Assembly (NCBI GenBank): GCA_018819225.1
Contig: JAHJQN010000003.1
Location: 1 to 64,000, forward strand
Source of the DNA: Candidatus Micrarchaeota archaeon
Lineage (GTDB): Archaea; Micrarchaeota; Micrarchaeia; Norongarragalinales; SBBD01
Length of the DNA: 64,000 nt
Reading direction: 5' to 3'
Shown: in pieces, positions 36,645-45,481 of the stretch
Numbering within the stretch: the first letter of the stretch is position 1
Layout of the letters: each line of letters begins with the position of its first letter
Position numbers and translations under genes: made by a program
Notes under the pieces: generated by a model
The model's database searches: none
The model's input: the letters and a program-made list of their open reading frames with translations, nothing else
What the model was told of the DNA's origin: nothing

Positions 36645-38117
36645 TCACGGGCTCAACGAACTGGATGCCTTAGGAGCTGGCGCTTTCACGGTGATCACAT
36701 CGGCTTTCGTCTTCTTGCGCAGCTCTTCGCGCTTCGCCTCGTCCTTCAACTGCTCTTCAGCGGTTTTCTCGCCGCCCACCCACTTGTCCATCACCAAACA
36801 AGCCGTTAAGTCCCCGGTAACGTTTATGGCGGTACGGCTCATGTCCAGAATGCGGTCCACTCCAAAAATCAAGGCAATTCCGGCAGCGGGAATGCCGACT
36901 CCACCTAATACCAACGAAAGAATCGCGATTCCGATGCCAGGAGTCGCTGGCGCGCCAATGGAGGCAACGACTACGGTAACGACAATGAACGCCAACGCGC
37001 TAAGCCCCAAATCCAGGCCGAATACTTGCGCGAGAAAAACAGCGGCGACTCCTTGGTATAATGCCGTGCCGTCCATGTTGACTGTGGCGCCCAACGGAAT
37101 AATAAAATGCGAAATGGACGGACGCACGCCTAACTTCTCTTCGGCAGTGCGCATGGATAGCGGCATGACTACCGCAGAGCTTGACGTGGAAAACGCAAGA
37201 AGTTGAGCATCTCGAATGGCTCCCATGAACACCCACGGGTTCTTGCCCGCAACTATCCACACCAACGCCAAATAGAAAACGAGCAGCAAAACAAGTCCCA
37301 GCAATACCACGCCCACGTACGCCGACAAGCCCGTTAACGTTTCAATCCCAAAACGCGAAGTCAATTGCGCCATGAGCCCGAACACGGCCAGCGGAGCCAA
37401 CAACATCGCCCACTTGACGATCGTCATGCATACTTGCTGCAACGAGCCCAACAATTCAAGCAGCGGTCGCGACTGCTTCGTGTCCATGTTCACGAGAGCG
37501 ATCCCGAAAATCAATGAAAATATGACGAGCTGCAACATTTCGCCATTAATGGCAGACCCCAACGGATTCGTGGGGAGCAACGTGCCCACCAACCCCGGAA
37601 TTTCTTTAAACGAAGGAGTCGCCATCCGGCTCTGATTGATTTCAAGCGAATCCGTGCCGATCACGTCCGCAGCGAATTCCTGGCTGACGAACTGTCCGGG
37701 ATTCAACCACGAAGCTAACGCGATACCGATTACAATGGCGAGCGTGGTCGTCAAAATGAAGTAAATGGCGAGTACCGTGCCCTTTTTTTTCAGCTGCTGC
37801 ATGCTCTCGCTCGCGGCAATCCCGCGAATAATGGATGCGAAAATAAGCGGAATAACAATCATTTGAATGACGCGCAAGAACACGTTGCCGGGCAAACCCA
37901 TCCATTCCCCTAGCGCATACGACGTGGCGGGATCAATGAAACCGAAGTAAGGCCTCATGAGGAAGCCGGCCAGGATGCCGAAAACCATTGCGATAATGAT
38001 TTTCAGCCACAACCGGCCTTTCACGAGCCCTTCCAAATGCTCGCTCAAGTATTTCAGGGGGCGCGGGTGAATACTGGCCAACGGATTAGAAGAATCTGGT
38101 TTCGGCACGATGCACAA
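36645..38117 (-). CDS. Dicarboxylate/amino acid:cation symporter (DAACS, GltP/GltPh family)
   Basis: 'AFSTSSS', 'PLGATVNMDGTALY', 'DRILDMSRTAINVTGD'. Confidence 0.95.
   Translation of the reverse strand: MCIVPKPDSSNPLASIHPRPLKYLSEHLEGLVKGRLWLKIIIAMVFGILAGFLMRPYFGFIDPATSYALGEWMGLPGNVFLRVIQMIVIPLIFASIIRGIAASESMQQLKKKGTVLAIYFILTTTLAIVIGIALASWLNPGQFVSQEFAADVIGTDSLEINQSRMATPSFKEIPGLVGTLLPTNPLGSAINGEMLQLVIFSLIFGIALVNMDTKQSRPLLELLGSLQQVCMTIVKWAMLLAPLAVFGLMAQLTSRFGIETLTGLSAYVGVVLLGLVLLLVFYLALVWIVAGKNPWVFMGAIRDAQLLAFSTSSSAVVMPLSMRTAEEKLGVRPSISHFIIPLGATVNMDGTALYQGVAAVFLAQVFGLDLGLSALAFIVVTVVVASIGAPATPGIGIAILSLVLGGVGIPAAGIALIFGVDRILDMSRTAINVTGDLTACLVMDKWVGGEKTAEEQLKDEAKREELRKKTKADVITVKAPAPKASSSLSP
36680..36892. 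repeat. 213-bp direct repeat, right copy (inside the intact symporter gene)
   Basis: Matches 19864-20076. Confidence 0.95.
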
Positions 38118-38167
38118 CCCGAAACGGTTACGTCCCCATCATTTAAAAAACGCGTTTTCAAATCCGT

Positions 38168-39085
38168 TCAATCTGCGGCGGACGGAAAGAGAGTCGTGCT
38201 GTAATATCGATCCGAAGAATCCGGAAGCACCGTAATAACGACTCCTTCACCAAGCTCTTTAGCCGTATGTAAAGCCGCCGCGTAATTCGCTCCCGCGCTG
38301 ATGCCCGCTCCAAAACCTTGATGGGCCAATTTCCTCGAATGCGCAATTGCCTGCGGAGTCGAGACCTTCTTCCAGGCACTCACCATGGAACGGTTTGCGG
38401 CAATGATACCGGGCACAAAACCGATGCCGATGCCCCCGATTCCATGCGAACCCTTCCTGCCTTCTGAAATCATAGGACTTTCCTCAGGCTCCACGCCAAT
38501 GATTTTTACGCCTGAAAACGATTTCCGAACAGCTCTCGCGACTCCAATCAACGTGCCACCGGTACCGGCACCGGCGACGAATGCGGACAACTCACCGGCT
38601 TTTCGTTCCTCGAGTTGTCTCAGGATTTCAGGCCCAGTGCATTCCTCGTGCGCGCGAATGTTTTCCACATTATCGTATTGGGAAGGAAGCCATGCGCCGG
38701 ATTCCTCGGAAACCGCTTTCGCTTTCTCTACGGCTCCGGAATAGCCTTCTACAGCGGATACCAGCATGAGATTCGCTCCGTACAGTTTCATGATGGAACG
38801 GCGTTCCACGGTAGCCATTTCAGGCATGACCGCAGTAAACTCGTAACCCCGCACAGCGGATAGCCATGCAAACGATATGCCGGTGTTCCCGCTCGTGGCT
38901 TCCACGATGCGCTTGCGACCCAATAAATCGTTGGCCTCTGCCGCATCCGCCATATGCTTGGCCATGCGGTCCTTGACGCTCCCACTGGGATTCAAGTACT
39001 CCAGCTTCGCGAAAATGCGCGCTCCCTCCGGAGATTCAAGCTCCATCAACGGCGTGTTTCCAACTTCTTTGCAAATACCGTGCAC
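38168..39085 (-). CDS. cysK: Cysteine synthase (CysK/CysM family, PLP)
   Basis: 'GNTPL', 'KLEYLNPSGSVKDR', 'EATSGNTG', 'GAGTGGT', 'GISAGAN'. Confidence 0.88.
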   Translation of the reverse strand: MHGICKEVGNTPLMELESPEGARIFAKLEYLNPSGSVKDRMAKHMADAAEANDLLGRKRIVEATSGNTGISFAWLSAVRGYEFTAVMPEMATVERRSIMKLYGANLMLVSAVEGYSGAVEKAKAVSEESGAWLPSQYDNVENIRAHEECTGPEILRQLEERKAGELSAFVAGAGTGGTLIGVARAVRKSFSGVKIIGVEPEESPMISEGRKGSHGIGGIGIGFVPGIIAANRSMVSAWKKVSTPQAIAHSRKLAHQGFGAGISAGANYAAALHTAKELGEGVVITVLPDSSDRYYSTTLFPSAAD

Positions 39086-39163
39086 AGGCTCCCACCTCCG
39101 CTTATCTTCAATCCAACGATTTTTTGGAAGAAAGGAAAATGATAAAACAATTGCGTTTTGATT

Positions 39164-40087
39164 TCAGCTCACCGACGGCGGCGGAGGACACGAACCCGGC
39201 GGAACATTTTGATTCGAAGGGTTTCCTGCGAGCGCGTCCTCAAATTGTTGCAAGGTCTGCGGACCCACCATGACGATGCCGTTCAAGAAGAAAGTCGGGG
39301 TTCCATAGACTCCTGCAGTGGTGGCTGCATCCTTATCTAATTGAACGCGTTGCGCGGTTTGCTCATTACCCATACACGAACGGAAAGCGGATTCGTCCAT
39401 ACCCATTTTGCGTGCCACCGCAATTAACGATTCAGGAGAACGATCGTTCAGTTCAAACAACGCATCGTGGTACGCCCAGTAATTATTCTGTTCCAATGCG
39501 CAGAAAGAGGCTTTCGCTGCATCCAGACTATTTTCATGAGCCGGAAGCGGAAGCACGCGGAATTCGAGGGAAATTTCCGGATGCCTGGAAAGGAATTCCT
39601 TGAGCGCCGGCTGCGTTTGCTTCGTATACGGACAAGTGAAACAACCCACTTCCACTAAAACAATTTCCCCTGAGCCGCGCACGGGCCCGACTCCCGGAAT
39701 AATGGGAATGACTTCATCCGGCGTGTTGTCCCCAAAAACCAAATCAAACGGACAGAAACCAGTGCCTTGCGGGCCATCGCAATGCCCGTAAACCGCGTAA
39801 TTGTAGGAAGCGTAAGCCGTGTAGAACATGCTCGCAAAGAAGAGTGCCGTAAAGAAAAATGAGATGAAACGGAAATGTTTATTCAAACTTCCGGCCATCG
39901 AAGGAGAAAACGTAATGACGTGAACCAGAATCGTGGCCTTCAACCGTTCATCCAACTTGCTCTCGCACGGACGAAAGGTAGCGGTTCGGATGACGCAGTC
40001 AAACGCCTCACCGGCCAGCGCGCGATATTTCGCAGAGAATATGCCGAGTACGGCAAACACGAACAATGCCACGAAACAAAGAACCAT
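39164..40087 (-). CDS. Membrane-anchored DsbA-like thioredoxin-fold protein
   Basis: N-terminal TMs; 'GCFTCPYT', 'PLPAH.NS..AA.A..CA.EQ..YW.YHD.LF', 'GVYGTPTFF.NG'. Confidence 0.85.
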   Translation of the reverse strand: MVLCFVALFVFAVLGIFSAKYRALAGEAFDCVIRTATFRPCESKLDERLKATILVHVITFSPSMAGSLNKHFRFISFFFTALFFASMFYTAYASYNYAVYGHCDGPQGTGFCPFDLVFGDNTPDEVIPIIPGVGPVRGSGEIVLVEVGCFTCPYTKQTQPALKEFLSRHPEISLEFRVLPLPAHENSLDAAKASFCALEQNNYWAYHDALFELNDRSPESLIAVARKMGMDESAFRSCMGNEQTAQRVQLDKDAATTAGVYGTPTFFLNGIVMVGPQTLQQFEDALAGNPSNQNVPPGSCPPPPSVS

Positions 40088-40094
40088 GCGCGAT

Positions 40095-41267
40095 TCAACT
40101 CAAAGCCGCCAACGTCTTTAAAGCTTCCCCGAAACGAGTCACTTGCTCTTCCGTATTGTAGACGTGCAACGAAGCCCTCACCGTGCCCGGCACGCCCAGT
40201 TTTTTAGTGAGGGGAATCGCGCAATGATGTCCGGAACGACATGCAAACCCCAATTGATCGAGCATGACCGCCGCTTGATGGTGCGGAACATTTTTTACGG
40301 AAAACGGGAATATTGCTCCTGCTTTTTCCTCCGCTTGGTTCGAACCGAACAACGTGACATGCGGCGACTCTTGAAAAACGCGCAACATCGCGGCAATCAA
40401 TTTCTGATCGTGAGACTGAATAACAGAATAACCGATTTGGTTAATGACATCTAACGCGGCCCCGAGCCCCAGCCATTCAGCTATGGGCGGCGTTCCTGCT
40501 TCAAAGCGCTCCCGGTGCTTCAATAAGTTGTAATCGGATAAGGATACGTCGCGAACGGTTCCACCGCCGACAAACCAAGGCGAGAGATCGACATTCTTTC
40601 GATGAAATAGAACGCCGATTCCCGTGGGGCCAAAGCTCTTGTGACCGGAAAACGCGAGAAAATCAACAGGCCATTGCTTCAAGCTAACGGGATGATGGCC
40701 CACGTATTGAGCGGCATCCACGAAAACGAGCGCGCCGGCTTTCTTGGCCGTGCTCGCCAAATCCGTTATTGGAATCGTCCCGCCCAACACGTTACTGCAA
40801 GCAGTAAATGACACTAAACGCGTCTTCTTGGAGATCACGGACACAAGCTTTTCAGGAGACAAGCGGCCTTCCGCATCCGACTCCAATATGCGAACAAGGA
40901 CTCCCTGCTTTTTCAAGCGCAGCCAAGGCAACAGATTCGAATGATGCTCAATATCCGTGACAATGACTTCGTCTCCTTTACTCCATTCCAACCCCAAAGC
41001 GACGGCATTAACGGCTTCCGTCGTATTGCGTACTGCAGTAAACTCCTGCGCGTCCGCTTGAAAGAAGTGCGCTAATTTTCCATAAACGGACTCGTATTCA
41101 TCCGATGCTTTTAGAGTTAGTCGATGCGCTCCGCGGTGAATGTTCGCCCGGTAATCCCGATAGTATTCCTGCATTTTCTCCAAAGCGGGCGTACACGTCA
41201 GCGAAGTAGCTGCGGAATCGAAGTACGCCATTCCTGCTGGTTGTTGGAATAGCTCGGATACGTCCAT
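40095..41267 (-). CDS. sufS: Cysteine desulfurase, SufS subfamily
   Basis: 'YFDSAATS', 'ANIHRG', 'EHHSN', 'FSGHK', 'FEAGTP', 'RSGHHCA'. Confidence 0.92.
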   Translation of the reverse strand: MDVSELFQQPAGMAYFDSAATSLTCTPALEKMQEYYRDYRANIHRGAHRLTLKASDEYESVYGKLAHFFQADAQEFTAVRNTTEAVNAVALGLEWSKGDEVIVTDIEHHSNLLPWLRLKKQGVLVRILESDAEGRLSPEKLVSVISKKTRLVSFTACSNVLGGTIPITDLASTAKKAGALVFVDAAQYVGHHPVSLKQWPVDFLAFSGHKSFGPTGIGVLFHRKNVDLSPWFVGGGTVRDVSLSDYNLLKHRERFEAGTPPIAEWLGLGAALDVINQIGYSVIQSHDQKLIAAMLRVFQESPHVTLFGSNQAEEKAGAIFPFSVKNVPHHQAAVMLDQLGFACRSGHHCAIPLTKKLGVPGTVRASLHVYNTEEQVTRFGEALKTLAALS

Positions 41268-41332
41268 GGCTAAATCATTGGGAAAAGGGATTTAAAAGCG
41301 CTCGAAATCATGAGCCCTTGAAGCACGGGGGC

Positions 41333-41722
41333 TCATTCCTCGCTTTCGTAGCAAAGCCCGTCTTCACCGCTACAAAACTCGTTTCCCACGCAACCGCAAT
41401 CCGCTGGACACAAATCGCACCGTTCGTCCGCCTGGCAAATGGCGTCCCCGCATTCCGGTAATGCGAATTCGTCTTCATCCCCAGCCGGAGCAGGCGCCAC
41501 AGCTTCTCCTTCATCGAATAACTCGCCTCCGGAAGGAGCAGGAGTCGCGGTTAGAGATGGAGGTGAAGCCGTTGGAACGGGTTCGTTATCGGGAGTGGGA
41601 AAGGAAGGAGAAGGAGTTGTATCCGCTGTTTTGAATCCCAAATACCAAATGCCTAAAATAATCACTAACGCAATGGCTCCCCACACGAGCAGGTTCACTC
41701 CTTTTCTTTTCAATAATTTCAT
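41333..41722 (-). CDS. Small membrane-anchored protein: N-terminal TM, Pro/Thr linker, 8-Cys C-terminal module
   Basis: 'CGDAICQADERCDLCPADCGCVGNEFCSGEDGLC'; paralogue of 45057-45464. Confidence 0.8.
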   Translation of the reverse strand: MKLLKRKGVNLLVWGAIALVIILGIWYLGFKTADTTPSPSFPTPDNEPVPTASPPSLTATPAPSGGELFDEGEAVAPAPAGDEDEFALPECGDAICQADERCDLCPADCGCVGNEFCSGEDGLCYESEE

Positions 41723-41738
41723 GCAATCAACTTATGAG

Positions 41739-44700
41739 TTAGTCTTGGACACCCGCTACTGCCGGCGTATACGTAGAAACGAGAACAATAACCTCGAACT
41801 CGCCTTTAGAATTCTCTTCAATACCGCAGAAACGTGCTTCAACCCCTTCCATTTTGCCTTCGCCGGCACATAGCACGGACGGAGGAGCCATCGCACAATC
41901 CACAACACTTGAATAAACCTGCAATTGAGTTGAATCATCCAACACGTCCTCGCAGATCTGCGTAGAGATCTCGAAAGGAGTATCGCCTTCCTTTTCATAA
42001 ATGCGTAGAGTCAACTTTTCAAGAAGCGGTTCCGCGTAATCACTTGACGTAAACGGATGGGATAAATGATTGTATGCTGAGATGGGTGTTTTAAATATTG
42101 TGGATAGCTTTCCCGTGTCTCCCAGCTCAATGACTCGTGTCCAAGGTTCCGCTTTTTTAGCTGCAGAAAGCCTGTATGAAACCCAGTATCGGTCACCCCA
42201 AGCGGTTTCAGTCACAATAGTATTGTCTACGGGAATCACGGGGATCGGGGACGTGACGATTGCTGGAGACGGGGAAGGCGTCGGAGTCGCCTCGACAACG
42301 GGTTCGTCAAAAAATAAGGGAATGGATGGATCGCCCGTTAAATGAAACGCGTAGGGGAAAACGTATACATTGGGATTCAGATTTTTAGACGGAATATCGG
42401 GCGAGATCAATTCTCTTTTAAGCACCAACAATGCTTCCCCTAACGTTCCCGTTTTTTGTTTTTCATGAAGACCGGCAAAAATCATTCCGATTAACCCGTA
42501 ATTTTCTTCGATGACTTGAGCATTGCGTTCACTGATGAGCGCCGCTGCGCCCCGGCCTAATGTTGAAGAGATGCCAAGAAGCGAATCATCCCGGCGAGCG
42601 ATGAAAACGATGGGCCGATTTTCAAGATCAAACTTCGGAAAATCTTTGTCGGAAAACGAGCTCAGCATGAAATACGGATTCTTTGAGGTATCTTTCGCCA
42701 ATACAGCGACATCCGTCAAATGACTCGGAAAAAGGGCAATGAAGCTGCTGCCCTCCAACCGATTCACATAGGATTTTGAATCCGTACACGATCCGGTATA
42801 TGAATGAATGCAATAGGGAGGAGAAAACACGCATAATTCGGGATATGCGGAACACCCGTAATGGTCAAAATCAAAATGGTCAATATGATTGTTAAAACCC
42901 TCCACAAACGCATCCAGCCTCACATCGATATATCGCGGATCCACGATCTCCAAGTGTTCCGCCGGGCCAACCACGAGAGGCTTGCGGTTTTCCTTCAAAG
43001 GAGTCAAGGCGTCTGCGGTTTGCTGCAACATGATGGCGAGAGTCGCGGGATCCGAGGCGTCTCCGTTGCGGGGATCAAAACCCGTGATTCGTCCCACCGG
43101 AATTTTTGGAAATACGTCGTTTGGAATCATTCCATACGCATCGTCGGTTTCAAACGATAGGGAACCTCCGCTTGAAGTCTGGTATGTTTTGATGCCAAAG
43201 GGAAGAACTCGCTCATCTCCCAATAATACGACTTGAATCGGATTTACTTTTCTTCGAACGCGATTCACCACGAGCCGGTTTCGCGTGGTTTCATCGTTAA
43301 CACGCTCGAACATCGTTTTGGCGTTAGGATCAAAGGATTGCAGTGACCCCACATCGTCAATAACTGCCAATCGCGTTCTCAACGGATGCGATTCGACGTA
43401 ATTTCTTAAAGCGGCATTCAACGTGGAGTCTTCTAAATCTAATTTCTTACTTGTTAATACTAGATTATCCGCGGAACAAGAAAAGCGGGCCCGGATAGTA
43501 TTCGGTTTCTCCAATATGCCGGGCACGGAAACTTCAACGGCATCGAATACTCCGCACATTTGACACAGGGGGTCATATTCAAATGATAGCGCGAACACGT
43601 TTTCCTTATCCGTGGCTTTAAATGATTCCCCGGCCTTCAAGCATGAGGATGCGGACTCTACGACCTTGAAAAGAATATCCGGATTCTTGAGGATCCAACC
43701 CTTTTCCGATACGGGATCCAAGGATACGAGTTTGAGTTCGGCTTGCGTATTCTTGGAATTAAAAACGAACTCCGAGTTATCAAAGAAAACGCGCTGGGAA
43801 AGTCGCGGTTGCGAATGAGCATCCAAATAGGCCGTATCCAACGGAGATCGCTCCGCACCATTTTCTTCTTCGTAGGAATAGGTCCTGAGACCCGCTCGCA
43901 TATGGTACTCCCGATCCTTGAATTGGAAACCGCAGAACGACACTTCAAATATTTCATCGCGCCCCGGACCGGCACAGCGAATGTAGGAAGGTGAAGCAGA
44001 GCAATCCGCTTTTTCAGATCCTAATAGCCCGTCAGGCTCTTCAATGACTCCGGTGCATAAGACGTTTTTCCCTTCATCATAAAGAGTTAGCCCAAGTTTT
44101 GTGACGCTCACATCCATCGCAGGGGCATATTTAAGGTCGGATGGAAATATCGCGCGATCTATTGTTTGGGAATACCGCGACGTCACTTTATCAATAAATT
44201 GGGGCTTTTCGGGATTCAATGGATCTAATACTCGAACGGTATATGATAATTGGTATCGGTCACCCCACGTTTTTTCCGGGATTTCAAAGACGGGTTCTTG
44301 CTCTAATTGACGTGTTTCGCCTTCTCCGGAAACGAGTTCGATGAAAAAGGTCTTGTCGGAATACCCCCAGTACCGATCGGCATCCCCGCCCCGATCCCTA
44401 ATCGTGGAATAATCAGTATAAGTATGGGCCACGAACACGCGGTATTTTCCGGGCTGCCACGGATTCGTGGTGCGCGCACCCACCCCGGTTGCACCCAAAA
44501 CAGGGCACTCGAACTTGATCTTGAATTTCGAGTTCGCATGCTGATCATCTTGGAATTCATAGCTGCACAACCGACTGCCGTAACGTTCATCAATGGGCAC
44601 TAACGTAACCGTGAGCTTCTCTCCTTTACGCGCGTTCTGCATCTTGACCATAAAGTAAATGCTATCTTCCCCGATCGTAAACTGAGCGGCTTTCTCGTCG

Positions 44701-44957
44701 CGGTAGGAATATCCATCAGGGTTCTCTTCCGTTGCCACAAAAATATCAAACAACGCGGGTTCGCGGGATGGAAGAGATTCTCCGGGAGGAGTCAGTTGAA
44801 CGCTGGAAGTGGGAAGAATGGTCCAGCAAAACAAGGAAGTACTGCAGGCCAGCTCAAGTTCTGAAAATCCAAGTGATTGAGCGTGAGCAGAGAACGGTAG
44901 CAATAGAACAAGAAACACGATGAGTAGAATGAACCGGTTGGGCCAGCGCATGAACAT
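41739..44957 (-). CDS. Large secreted protein with peptidase C25 (gingipain)-like domain and a duplicated Cys-containing domain
   Basis: Signal peptide; 'VVLLGD..VLP', 'TDDAYG', 'IPVGRI', 'TLGEAL', 'LTGDPS'. Confidence 0.75.
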   Translation of the reverse strand: MFMRWPNRFILLIVFLVLLLPFSAHAQSLGFSELELACSTSLFCWTILPTSSVQLTPPGESLPSREPALFDIFVATEENPDGYSYRDEKAAQFTIGEDSIYFMVKMQNARKGEKLTVTLVPIDERYGSRLCSYEFQDDQHANSKFKIKFECPVLGATGVGARTTNPWQPGKYRVFVAHTYTDYSTIRDRGGDADRYWGYSDKTFFIELVSGEGETRQLEQEPVFEIPEKTWGDRYQLSYTVRVLDPLNPEKPQFIDKVTSRYSQTIDRAIFPSDLKYAPAMDVSVTKLGLTLYDEGKNVLCTGVIEEPDGLLGSEKADCSASPSYIRCAGPGRDEIFEVSFCGFQFKDREYHMRAGLRTYSYEEENGAERSPLDTAYLDAHSQPRLSQRVFFDNSEFVFNSKNTQAELKLVSLDPVSEKGWILKNPDILFKVVESASSCLKAGESFKATDKENVFALSFEYDPLCQMCGVFDAVEVSVPGILEKPNTIRARFSCSADNLVLTSKKLDLEDSTLNAALRNYVESHPLRTRLAVIDDVGSLQSFDPNAKTMFERVNDETTRNRLVVNRVRRKVNPIQVVLLGDERVLPFGIKTYQTSSGGSLSFETDDAYGMIPNDVFPKIPVGRITGFDPRNGDASDPATLAIMLQQTADALTPLKENRKPLVVGPAEHLEIVDPRYIDVRLDAFVEGFNNHIDHFDFDHYGCSAYPELCVFSPPYCIHSYTGSCTDSKSYVNRLEGSSFIALFPSHLTDVAVLAKDTSKNPYFMLSSFSDKDFPKFDLENRPIVFIARRDDSLLGISSTLGRGAAALISERNAQVIEENYGLIGMIFAGLHEKQKTGTLGEALLVLKRELISPDIPSKNLNPNVYVFPYAFHLTGDPSIPLFFDEPVVEATPTPSPSPAIVTSPIPVIPVDNTIVTETAWGDRYWVSYRLSAAKKAEPWTRVIELGDTGKLSTIFKTPISAYNHLSHPFTSSDYAEPLLEKLTLRIYEKEGDTPFEISTQICEDVLDDSTQLQVYSSVVDCAMAPPSVLCAGEGKMEGVEARFCGIEENSKGEFEVIVLVSTYTPAVAGVQD

Positions 44958-45056
44958 GTCCTCGTTCTCTATGATTGAAAAAATATGGAACCAGAGTTAT
45001 TAAATGCTTTTGGAGCTATTGCTCGACCCAAAAAAAAAGAACGTGAAAAAGTTTCT

Positions 45057-45464
45057 CTATTCGGAGGGATAGCAGACGCCGTTGTCCCCGCTGCAATATT
45101 CTTCTCCCGTGCACCCGCAATCCTGGGGGCACGTGTCACAACGCTCGCTGGATTGACAAGTAAAGTCCCCGCAAGACTCCTCCTCAAACGACTCGAAATC
45201 AAGGGGCATGGGCGCACCGTCCACGACATTATCCGCATAATGTTCGTTATCCAGCAAGGTGAGGGAACCGGTTATCGATTCCGTTGGAATGGGAGTCGCA
45301 ACAATAGCGGGTTGGGTAGGGATGGCAGTAGGTTGAACAGGCCCGGGGCCAATCGGTACCGGCGAAGGTTGGTTGAAACCGAAGTACCAGACAGAGGCGA
45401 GAATGATCACCACGCCGACTGCAATCCATGTTCCCGAAGCCATTCCTTTTTCCTTGTTTTCCAT
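45057..45464 (-). CDS. Small membrane-anchored protein: N-terminal TM, Pro/Thr linker, 8-Cys C-terminal module
   Basis: 'CGDFTCQSSERCDTCPQDCGCTGEEYCSGDNGVC'; GGAGGTGA SD upstream. Confidence 0.8.
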   Translation of the reverse strand: MENKEKGMASGTWIAVGVVIILASVWYFGFNQPSPVPIGPGPVQPTAIPTQPAIVATPIPTESITGSLTLLDNEHYADNVVDGAPMPLDFESFEEESCGDFTCQSSERCDTCPQDCGCTGEEYCSGDNGVCYPSE

Positions 45465-45481
45465 TTAATCATTCACCTCCT

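Larger units (their letters stand above)
19864..36892. mobile_element. Genomic island (16.8 kb) carrying the alpha-glucan/trehalose cluster, inserted in the symporter gene 3' end
   Basis: Bounded by 213-bp direct repeats; bacterial-type gene content; no integrase or transposase inside. Confidence 0.75.

Noticed and set aside
36631-37206. 191-aa plus-strand ORF and the many other antisense/alternate-frame ORFs over long genes
   Set aside because: They are shadows of well-supported genes and have no recognisable motifs.
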